From assembly GCA_964016885.1 (NCBI GenBank), contig OZ024744.1:48360001-48424000 (forward strand): 64,000 nt of DNA, given 5' to 3'. Each line of letters begins with the position of its first letter. The first letter of the stretch is position 1. This stretch comes from Eledone cirrhosa (taxonomy: Eukaryota). This document shows, one piece after another, positions 54,001-64,000 of the stretch. The notes beneath the pieces are model-generated. The model ran no database searches and had not been told where the DNA came from. It saw only the letters and a program-made list of their open reading frames with translations. Made by a program: the position numbers and the translations under genes.

Positions 54001-54095
54001 AATTGTTTCTACATTAGGCACAAGGCCAGCAAATACCCAGTGCATTACTGGTACTTTATTTTATCGACCCCGTAAGGATGAAAGGCAAAGTCAAC
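54001..54095 (-). mobile_element. SINE S1 3' half
   Basis: Matches 11671-11765. Confidence 0.88.
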
Positions 54096-54419
54096 TAATA
54101 ATATTAATTGTTTTGTATCTCTGTAATTGCATTTAGATAAGCAGCTGACAGGAAGCTCTTGATTTCTATCCTGCCTAAACTTCCACAAATTTAACTGGGA
54201 AAGGATTCAGGAGGATCTCCTGAAATGAAACTGGGCCTACAGTCTATCTATGGAATATGTAAACATACAACTTCATGGAAATAATACAAGCCATATGGTT
54301 TAAGTGTACCCTGGAAACTGGCAAAAAATAATATTCCTAGAAACAGGAGTATCTTTTGAGAAGGAGAACAAAGACCTCAAATCGGCTACATACACAAGTA
54401 AGGAACAAAAAGGAATTCC

Positions 54420-54900
54420 ATTGAAGCAGGCACTGTTTGAAATTGAAAATGAATTTAAACTCTCCCATGAAAAATAGGGAAGAAAGCAAGGACTATAGAA
54501 CACATAAAGACGAACCCTAAGGTCTTATTTAAATTTACAAAAGAGACCATCTTCGTAAACTACGGATAGGGCTACTTTTCCATAAGCCAGATGAGTTCTT
54601 TAACACTGCAGCATTACACATAGAAATGGCAGCCATCGACCACATAAATATAAAGGTGAAAGATGTAATATCAGCCATAGATGAACGAGACAAAATTCAG
54701 CAGCTGACCCTGATGGTTTCCCAGTAATCCTCAAAAAACCATGCAAGCGAACATTAGCAAAACCACTGCAGATCCTTTTTCAAAGCACTTTTATAAGTGG
54801 TAAACTACCCTAAAAGCTAAAATAAGGCCTGATATATCCTATCCATTAAGAAGGAAGCAGAGCAGATGCTAAAAACTACAGACCTGTCTCCTTCACATAT
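54420..54900 (+). mobile_element. CR1/L2-group LINE RT fragment
   Basis: IKTNPK..F.F, SAADPDGFP, LAKPLQILFQS..SGKLP, IYPIH..GSR..AKNYRPVS. Confidence 0.75.
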
Positions 54901-54904
54901 CAAC

Positions 54905-55830
54905 AGCATGAAGTGCCATTATGAGAGACAGATGAATGAGGCAGATGCATGGCAGGAACATAATTGCTGAGATGCTGAACGCATCTGGGTGGTAGGCCAC
55001 ACCGTTACTACCCATATTGTAAACCAACTAAAGCAAAATAGTTCTATACCCAATGACTGGTGTAGTAGTATCGTTATTAATTGTTACACAAGCAAGGGTA
55101 ATGCACTAGACAGAGGAAACTACCAGGTCGTTCAAGTTACAGAATGAGTCATTGTATAACTAATTAGAGATCAAATTAACCTAGATGAGATGTAGTTAAG
55201 ATTTGTGCCCGGTAGAAAGTACCACAGATGCTCTCTTCCTTGTGAAGCAACTGCAAGAGAAGTACCTAGTTAAAGTAAACCCCTCTACTTGTAATTTGTT
55301 GACCTGGAGAAAGCCTTTGACAGGGACCACTGTTCTGTAATTTGGTGGGCACTTCAAAAACTCTCATAGCTGAATCTATGACAGAACTAGAGAAAAGATT
55401 TCTGACTTGGAAGCATAACCTGGAATCAAAAGATCCTAGAGTCAACTTGGCAAAGACCAAAGTTCTAGTATGTAGTAAGGAAAACGAGACATTGATCCTT
55501 TCTGGAAAATGGCCCTGCTGAATGTGTAGGAAAGGGATAGGTAGAAATTCCATCCTCTGACCCAAATGCAAACTATGGATACACAAGAAATATAGCGGGA
55601 TGATGAGCAGGCTAGTAAAGAATGTAGGTTTTACATATGGGCATTGCACAGGTGCAATAAGTAGCAAACACTCACAGGAAACAAGTTCTATCAAATTCTT
55701 GAAAGGTTCCGTAGAAGCAGAAGACAGCTTCTGTTACCTGGGAGACAAAATTAGCAGTGGAGGCGGGTGTGACGAAAGTATAGTAGCCAGAGTGAAAATG
55801 GGATGGAAAAAGTTCAGGGAGCTGATAACT
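54905..55830 (+). mobile_element. Deleted RTE LINE fragment
   Basis: KCHYER, DWCSS, DLEKAFD, PHD remnant and SFCYLGD..GWKKFREL. Confidence 0.9.
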
Positions 55831-56377
55831 ACAAAACCACAGTCTGTATAAAAGCTGAGGAGTGTATATAAAGGTTTGTGTGATCTCTCATCTATTTTCT
55901 TCCTTTTCTCCTTTCTTTCTATCATTTTTGCAGGCCTACACAATTCTAGCTACTGATTTCTATCCTTTGAGGTAAATTTTACCCAACGCTGTCATTGATG
56001 GCATTTTACTGTTTTAACAGTCCTTTGCATTGAGTTCTTCCATTCATTATTCTATGAATATATATATATATTCATAGAATATATAGAAATCCATAGATGA
56101 AAGATGAAGGAAAACAGTGCTCAATCTGTTGAATAGAGCTTATTTAGTTTAAAAGTGCCTCCTCCGATATACAATGGTGGCCATGACTGGACCCTGTAAC
56201 CAATGGTAGCACATACATGTTAAGAATATGAAACTTTGTTTATACAATATATATATACATATATATATATATACATATATATATACAATATATATATACA
56301 TATATGAACATCGCTGTTTGTCCGTTCCCTTTGTCAGTTCAATTTTGGATTACCTCCTTGATTGTAATTTTATTATG

Positions 56378-56435
56378 TAAGATGCTGTCTGATGACAGCA
56401 TGGCAGTAGCTTCTATGCTGAATTGTGTAGACAAT
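56378..56435 (+). ncRNA. Degenerate hammerhead motif
   Basis: tgt CTGATGA c-agcatgg-cagtagctt-ctatgct GAAT tgtg TA gaca. Good helix II, mutated GAAA. Confidence 0.45.
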
Positions 56436-56717
56436 GTCGTCCTGGAAATATGTATAACGGCCTTATTAATAAAGGACTTTATCATCAAAACTTTGTATTT
56501 CTTTATTCTATATATTTCTTTATTCTATATATATGTGTGTGTGTAAGTTTTGTTTATTCTTTTATTTATTTTTAATTATTATATTATTATAACAGTGTGT
56601 ATCCAGTTTAGAATAGGAACAGTTTAGAATGGGCAGGTTCTTCTGTTGTTTGAACAATTAAAACACTCACCACTGGAAATGATAGATGTTCAACAATAAA
56701 AAAAAACAATGCACACA

Positions 56718-56794
<77 letters not shown>

Positions 56795-56795
<1 letters not shown>

Positions 56796-57180
56796 GTAAT
56801 AATAATAAATGTGAAGACTAAAATCCAAAGAGGGCTCGATAAGGATAAATATATATCAAATATATAAAAACCCTCTAGGGTTTAAATATTTATTAAAATA
56901 ACAGATTAAAGTTTAAGCAAAGAATTGCTGCTTTCACCCTTAACGGGATCTTCTGAAGCTAAAAAAATCTGTCTGTGAACGCAGAAGTAAATATTTCGAA
57001 AAACTTTGCAGCCGAAGAAAAACAGGAAAACGATACTTTGGTTCGTGAAGACGTTCCCTGGCAATGAACGGAAAAAAGCGAACATAATACGTCGTTATGT
57101 GGAGCGAGAGAACAAATACACGCAAAAACAAAACCACATTTATGGTATAAATGAAGTCATAGACTAATATTCTATTTAGG
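56795..57180 (-). mobile_element. Family F4 element with complete 3' end in (TA)n
   Basis: Reverse complement of 47975-48318; HHR at 56910-56960. Confidence 0.88.
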
Positions 57181-57465
57181 AAACCGAATGATTCTTAGCT
57201 TCAGAGTTAAGAATAATGTAAATAAATTAGTAGAACAAAAATGACAGAGGTTATTAAAGTAATTAAATATATACATACATACATCTATATACGTACATAC
57301 ACGTGCATACGCGAAAACACCTGCTATACATGCATATACATGCATGTACACATAAACAGGCGCACACATACATAAACCCGCGCGACACATGTACCCGCAC
57401 ACATACGAACGTATTCACCAAAAACACATTAAAAAAATATATGTGTGTGTATATATATATTTAAT

Positions 57466-58355
57466 TATAGTGCAACTAATTAGAGAAAGAGTCAAATTAG
57501 ACGAGATGCAGTTTAGTTTCATGCCTGGGAAAGGTACTACAGACGCCCTCATTTTATTGAGGTAACTACAAGGGAAGTTCTTAGCCAAAAATAAGCCACT
57601 ATACCTAGCTTTCATTGTCCAAGAAAAACTGTTTCACAGAGTACCCTGATCTATTATCTGGTGGTCTTTAACGAAATTAAGTGTAGAAATATGGTTGGTG
57701 AGAGTAATGCTAGTCATGTACGGAGGAGCTGTTAGTAAAGTGAGAATAGGAAATGAGTTTAGTGAGGATTTCAAGGTACAAGTAGGAGTTCATCAAGGTT
57801 CAGTTCTTAGCCTTCTACTATTTATCATAGTTTCCAGGCCATAATAGAGGAGTTTAAGACTGGCTGTCCATTGGAACTTCTTTATGCAGATGATCTGGTC
57901 TTTATAGCCAAATTCTTCAAAAATTTAGAAAATAAGTTCCAACTATAGAAACAGAATTTTTAGTCAAAAGGTCTGAGGGTAAACTTAACCAAAACTAAAG
58001 TGCTGGAAAGTAGGAAAGAAGATAGGACCCTGGTTCTCTCAGGAAAGTGGCCCTACTCAATATGTAGAAAAGGAGTAGGCATAAATTCCTTACAATGTAC
58101 ACAATATAAATCTTGGGTGCACATGAGACGTAGTGGGATAATGGGTAGACTAAGAGGAAAGGGAGACTTTGTGTGTAGAAGATACACAGGGGTAACTGAG
58201 GGGAAGATAACCAGTTATATAAACCTATTCCAGTCACCGGACGGATCCATAGAAATGGTAACTTAATTAGTAATGGAGTTGAGGTGGGTGCTCTGAGAAC
58301 ATAATAGCTAGAATAAGGATAGGATAGAAGAAGATCTGAAAGCTACTCCCCTCTC
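57466..58355 (+). mobile_element. Degenerate RTE LINE fragment
   Basis: QLIRERVKLDEMQF, HQGSVLS, LLYADD and SGKWPYSICRKG. Confidence 0.9.
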
Positions 58356-58390
58356 TACACATATATATGTAGAGAGACAGAGAAAAAGAA

Positions 58391-58575
58391 TCTATGGTGC
58401 TGAGACCGGGGAGAGCACAAATCAGGGAATTACTCTATGCATGGGAAGAAGCAGGTAAAATCCCAACCGTGACATCAAGCAATTTGGGTTTGTATTCAGC
58501 AAGCCTTTTCACCCTTAAAGAGGCTTGCTGAACACAAACCGAAATCACTTGGCATCGTGGTGGGATGTTTACCTC
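58391..58575 (-). mobile_element. Fold-back element (family F3) with decayed hammerhead
   Basis: Arms 58453-58509 / 58517-58574. The right arm reads TTAAAGA ggcttg-ctgaaca-caaacc GAAA. Confidence 0.7.
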
Positions 58576-58609
58576 CCTCACACTCTCTCTCTATATATAT
58601 ATATATAGT

Positions 58610-59150
58610 GTTAGAAAAGGGAACACAAACAAGAGATAGACATTTCCCTTCATCAGTTGTTTACTATGGGTCACAGATGTTTCAGTACATTATAGACAAT
58701 ACACCTATCCGTAGCGGGCCCATAAGTTATTATCAACAAGTTATGAGGGAAAGAAAAGACGAAAAAGGGCAATAACAGAGAGAGCGAAAGAAAGAAAAAA
58801 GAGAGAAAAAAAGAAAAAGCATACCGAGAGAAGGAGGAAACACAGGACAATGGCACATGTAAGTAAGTAACTGAGGGGAGAGAGAGGACGAAGTTTTAAA
58901 AAAGGCACTTGGATTTAAGCCCAGGGGGCCTTATTAACAGCGAGAGAGCAAGAAAACAAGTCTGTTCTCGGTGAGAATGGTGTAAAGAGAGAGAGAGAGA
59001 GAGACGAAGGAAATGCAAATGGTAAAGGGGCAGAGAACAGAGGTGTTTTCTTGCTCTCTCTCTATCACCCTTGCCATTTCTGTTTCCTTGTAGTTAGAAT
59101 TAAAAAAAGCTCCCTATAGCGCTATTTCGTGTTGTGTAAAAATCAAACAT
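58610..59150 (-). mobile_element. Decayed PLE 3' end
   Basis: Minus strand REQ...PLGLNP (58975-58910), typical of PLE endonuclease C-termini. Collapsed CTGATGA..GAAA near 58640-58655. Confidence 0.5.
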
Positions 59151-59500
59151 ATTTATGTTTTGATTCTTCACATTTATATATATATACTAGCAGTTTAGCC
59201 CGGCGTTGCTCGGGTTTGTTCATTTGCTATGAAAAGTTACATACAGGTAAACGTGGTTTGAAAGCGAATAAGCTTATCAATTAAGTCCATAAAGCAGTTG
59301 AACCGGTTATTAAAAGTTACGAACCAATTAGTATTTTGGTCAATCAATGATGGGTTAATAATCTTCCAATAGCGAATTTAGTAGACCAAAGTTGCAAGAT
59401 GGTGGCCCTGATGCCGCTGGGTGTCAGATCTGTCCACCATGGGATACCCTACCAGGAAATAGTGTTCCAGGCGGCATAGCTCCAACACCTGCACCAACAT

Positions 59501-60765
59501 CTATAGCACCTCTTTGTAGACGATATTGCGTGTCATCCCTTGAGGAGAGTAAGCAAAAAGTCCATTCCTGGTGCCTGCGCGGGAACAGGCAACATAAAGT
59601 TGGCCATGGGAGAAGCATGGCTCCCCCAAATGGATGCCCGCCACCGACAATCTTTGCCCGTGTGACTTGTTAATGGACATGGCAAAACATGGTCTCACCG
59701 GGAATTGTGATCGCCGGAAATCGAACGGGATATCTGACGCCGAGGGGAAAAGGTTCATCCTTGGAATGAAAACATTCTCCCCTCTTCGGCACCCCATTAC
59801 AATGGTGGCCTCAATCAAGTGGGTGTCAGTGACTTGACGACTATGCGAGTACCGTTGCACTGCTTTTGTGGACGCAAGTTCCTTATTAACATAATGGGAC
59901 AGCCAACCCTAAGCTTAATAATGTGAGGTGGGAGCCCTGGGGGCTCAAGGAGATTTAATAACTCAACCGGATAATTAACGATATCGTCGGGGTCTGATTT
60001 GAAGATGTGCTCTTTACCGGGAATCTTCTCAATCAGCTGCTCGTTAATAAAATTAACCATGGTATTTTTCGGAGCAAGGATGGCTGTTTCGCTGAGCCAA
60101 TCGCGGTTTTTAAAGTTAGATGAGACATTAGGAAAAACTGCTTCCCAAAGGTCAGAAGGGCTGCTCACAGTGTTGCACAGGGTGTCGATTGCTATGCTGC
60201 CCTTGTCATCCGCAGGGATCATGCCCTCACCAAGTGCTAAAATGTTCTGTGCTGCAGACATGTTGTCACCATGCAAATGAGCACGCATATTTGTGCTCAG
60301 GTACAAACTATTCACCTGGAGCCACAAAATGGACGACTTAAGACAGGCACGCACTTCATCAGCTCTTGTCCATTTGGGGATGACAGGCAGCGTTTTCCGA
60401 AAATCCCCTGATAGCAGAAGGGTTACGCCACCCATAGGAGCCGTAGAATCCCTAATGTCTTTCCGGGCCTTGTCCAATGCCTCAAGGGCACCCTTGTGTG
60501 CTATTGTGCACTCATCCCAAACAATGAGGCAACATCTTTTGAGAACCAGAGCTTTGTGTGAACTCTTGCTGATATTGCATGTTGGTGTCTCAGTTTTTAC
60601 TAAATCCAAAGGGAGTTTAAAGGTTGAATGTGCTGTCCTGCCTCCCGGCAGCAAAGTAGCAGCGATCCCGGACGATGCAACGGACAACGCAACTTTTTTC
60701 TCCTGACGAATCTTAGCGAGAATCAAGTTCGTTACAAAAGTTTTTCCGGTACCCCCAGGAGCGTT
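59501..60765 (-). pseudogene. Helitron PIF1-family helicase domain (frameshifted)
   Basis: APGGTGKT, VASSGIAATLL.GGRTAHS, IVWDE, GDFR..LPV, LRVGCPIMLIRNL...CNGTR, FAMSINKS.GQ, HGQLYVACSR. Confidence 0.93.
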
Positions 60766-60795
60766 TTTTATTGGGGGGATCAGGGTTTTTTTTTT

Positions 60796-61518
60796 TTACC
60801 TTGAGGTATAACCAGTCAGTAGTTCCTTCAAAGGCTTTGGCGGTTCCGTAAGAGGGGGAAAGGTGACCTTACCGTTTAAGCAGCCCATTGCAGGTGGCTC
60901 CCCAGCCCACTTTGTAGCATTGCAGAATTGGCAATTGAAGCGCATCTCGTCTATATTTATGTCAGAGCGCATCGAGTAATTAACGTTTTGCTCATACTTG
61001 AAAGCCCGTAGGTGCCAGTAAGGGCTGTTGGGGCTCGTCACACCGCGTGCAGCTTCTCGCCGTCGACTGTTACGCTTGAACGTAGAACATTGGTCGTGTG
61101 GTTGGTGGGAAGGTCTGGCAGCAATAGCAACATTTGCAATGCTAATGGACCGCCCGTCTGCATCTTCAGAAGCCATGGAAGTAGTCATAGCCGCAGCATT
61201 CGTAGGAAGGCGAGCCGTCCGTTGTTTTAAACGTTCCAAAGACCTGGAAGTAGCATTAGTCGCATCGTCTCTAGCCAGGCGCTTCGACCTTTGTTCACGG
61301 CTCTCTGATGCCCTGGAAGAAGCCTGGTATGAAGCCATTTTGGCTAGGCGTGCGGTGCGCTGTTGGAAACTTTCAGCGGTTCGACATTCTGCTGAACGTA
61401 AGGCTGTCTGTGAAAGTCTTGAAGCATTTTCCTCAGAGGACTCGTTTGCTATAGTAGCCTTTTGCGCCACTGCTGACGCGGTATGTTGACTGAGGCGACT
61501 TCTCTTTTTAGGTGGCAT
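60796..61518 (-). pseudogene. Helitron RepHel N-terminus (helical repeats plus zinc finger), truncated
   Basis: MPPKKR..; E..EQR..RL repeats; CQFC.A.KW.GE....C..GKV..P. Confidence 0.85.
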
Positions 61519-61529
61519 TTTATGTCCAA

Positions 61530-61820
61530 AAGAAAGGGTGAAAGTTACTTCTACAGAAAAATTGACTTTGAAAGTCTACTGTCTGTTTATGAATATTGTT
61601 ATTGTTGTTGTGATACAAATGTTAGTAAGTAAATGTTTATCGAAAAATAAAGGGTGAAAGTTACTTAAACATAAAAATTGACTTTGAAAGTATAAGGCTG
61701 ATAATTGAATGTAAAAAGATTGATAAGAAAGGCCCCAAGAAAAACTTTACAGGTCTTTGTATGTATGTGTGTATTTTTATGTTGAAAATAAAGGGTTAAA
61801 GTTACTTATACAGAAAAATA
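61530..61820. repeat. Three direct repeats in the Helitron 5'UTR
   Basis: AAGGGT(G/T)AAAGTTACTT at ~61534, 61650 and 61791. Confidence 0.8.
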
Positions 61821-62385
61821 TTGGCCGATTGAAAAACTTACAGTTTAGTAAATGAAAGTCAGCTTCGAAATGGAATTTGAACGCGCTAATACAAACACAC
61901 ACACATATATCCGTCTTTTAGTGTGTCTGTTTGTTTCTCTCTCCCTCTTTATCATTATATTTCAAACTGTGTATGCGTTGATTGATTGAAATTCCCGCGT
62001 TCCTGTTTCTATGACGTCAATCGTAACCATACCAACATATATGTGTGTGTATGCACCCACATATATGTGTGTATATGTTTTTTTTTCAATGTTTCTCTTT
62101 TTCACAAACACTTATAAGAGAAGGTAGCAATTTTAAGGGGAGGTGATGAAGGGAGTAGATATAGGAAACGTATATCATATGAGAGGAGAAATCATCGATT
62201 GTTGAAATAAATCGATTTTTCCGTAATTGTGGCATTTTTTACCCAATAAGTTCGCCCATGACCCAAGTTAGAATATTTGTAAACATTCTGCTTAATTATT
62301 CATTCAATATTTTTAGAATTGTGTAAATGTATAAAATTGAAACATACATACAGACACAAAAATCTGCCTTTTATAGATAATGATA

Positions 62386-63525
62386 TATGAGAGAAGACTG
62401 ATGAATGTTGAGAACGAATGGGAGAGAGAGAAATTACCCCCAGTAGATCCGACAGAGGGACCAGCTATTGAGATTGACGAATATAGTGTCCAAGAGGCAA
62501 TTAAGGAAATGAAAAATGGTAAGGCTGCTGGACCGTCAGGGATAGTTGTTGAGATGCTGAAGGCATCAGGGGACTAGGCACTAAACTGGTTGCACGCATC
62601 ATTAATCAAGCTATATATGGTGGTGTCATACCCAAAGACTGGTGCAGCAGTATTCTCATAAATTGCTACAATTGGAGAGGAGCAATTATAGGGGCATAAA
62701 ACTGATGGATCAGGTTAAGAAAGTGGAAGAAAGGATATTAGCGCAACTAATTAGAGAAAGGGTCAAACTAGATGAGATACAGTTTGGTTTTGTGCCTGGG
62801 AAAAGTACAACAAATGCCCTCTTCTTAGTGAGACAACTACAAGAGAGGTTCTTAGAGAAGAATAAGCCACTATACTTAGCTTTTGTTGACCTAGAGAAGG
62901 CCTTTGATAGGGTACTCCGATCTGTCATCTGATGGTCCCTAAGGAAACTAGGTGTTGAGGAATGACTTGTGAGGACAGTGCAAGGTTTATACAGAGGTGC
63001 TGTCAGAGAAGTGAGGGTAGGAATGGAGTTTAGTGAGGAATTCCAGATACAAGTGGGAGTACATCAGGGTTCGGTCCTCAGCCCACTCTTGTTCATTATA
63101 GTCAACCATGCCATGACAGAGGAGTTTAAGACTGGCTGCCCATGGAAACTTCTCTATGCTGACGATCTGGTTCTTATAGCAGAATCAGTAGAGGAGCTAG
63201 AGAATAAATTCTGGCTATGAAAGGAAAAGATGTAGTAGGATAGCAGGTAAACTAACAGGTAGGGAGAAATACGTATACAGTAGATGTACAGGGAAATTTG
63301 ACAGTAGAAGTCACATTGATAGACACATTTTTCAAATGCAGGTGGGTGCTATAGAAGTGGTGGATAGCTTCCGGTACCTAGGTGATCAGATTAGCATGGG
63401 AGGGGTGTTCCAAGGCCATAGTATCTAGAATAAGGACGGGTTGGAAGAAGTTTAGGGAGCTGCTTTCTCTGCTGATGAAGAATGGTTTCTCCCTGTGTAC
63501 AAAAGGATGGTTATATGATGCCTAT
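62386..63525 (+). mobile_element. RTE family B fragment
   Basis: Highly similar to 33771-35030; retains LLYADD. Confidence 0.95.
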
Positions 63526-63527
63526 AT

Positions 63528-63571
63528 GGTGCGTTATGGTCCATCTGGTTCCTTACCACACCTCCTTCGTT
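63528..63571 (+). mobile_element. Family F1 3' stub
   Basis: GGTGCGTTATGGTCCATCTGGTTCCTTACCACAC. Confidence 0.8.
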
Positions 63572-63633
63572 ATATATATACACATACATATATATATACC
63601 TATATATATATCCTCATCAACATCATCATCGTC

Positions 63634-63702
<69 letters not shown>

Positions 63703-64000
63703 GCAGGAAGGTATACGATGCTGACGATAGCTAATAAGCTTGAAACTAGTACATCGTTCCTTTGTCAGTGTTGAACAAAGGGGCAACGATGGTTGCTAAA
63801 CACTGTACGGCTTAATTCGGGCTGTTTGTTTACAAACAAACCGAACATTATAATAAATGTTCGGTAAACCGATACGTACATATATATATGTGTACATGTA
63901 TGTATATATATATACATACTACTGTATGTCTGTATACATATATGTATGTACGTATGCATACATACTTTCATTTAAGTAACTGCCGTACTAAGAGTGAGAA

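Larger units (their letters stand above)
59187..62383 (-). mobile_element. Helitron, internally deleted (non-autonomous), both termini present
   Basis: 3' end CCCGAGCAACGCCGGG hairpin + CTAG|T at 59187. 5' A|TC..TATAAAAGGCAG at ~62377-62383. RepHel remnants inside. Confidence 0.92.

Noticed and set aside
59501-60726. Host PIF1 helicase gene
   Set aside because: Intronless, frameshifted and bounded by Helitron termini.

Overview
AT-rich, microsatellite-saturated metazoan DNA with no recognisable host protein-coding gene. The repeat complement (RTE LINEs with (GAT)n tails, tRNA-headed SINEs, vast (TA)n/(CA)n arrays) is most consistent with an intergenic or intronic region of a cephalopod, Octopus-like genome (inference). 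Nearly all ORF-track entries are microsatellite or transposon artefacts. Contents: at least 12 decayed RTE-clade LINE copies (the main families carry a PHD-type zinc finger inside the RT), a Neptune-type Penelope-like element (PLE), a Naiad-type PLE fragment, a Rep-deleted Helitron with both termini, a CR1-like fragment, three SINE families, a piggyBac-type MITE and several satellites. The most striking unannotated signal is a dense set of hammerhead ribozyme (HHR) motifs from about seven unrelated short element families, mostly sitting in (TA)n arrays. Most of these elements occur as fold-back palindromes, and in one family the symmetry axis repeatedly falls in ribozyme helix II. The set includes an HHR with a ~116-nt helix II and a CAGAAGA core variant with a compensatory base change. 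A fold-back element built around a tRNA-like cloverleaf is also present. All structures were paired by eye; no folding or database search was run, and element boundaries are approximate.
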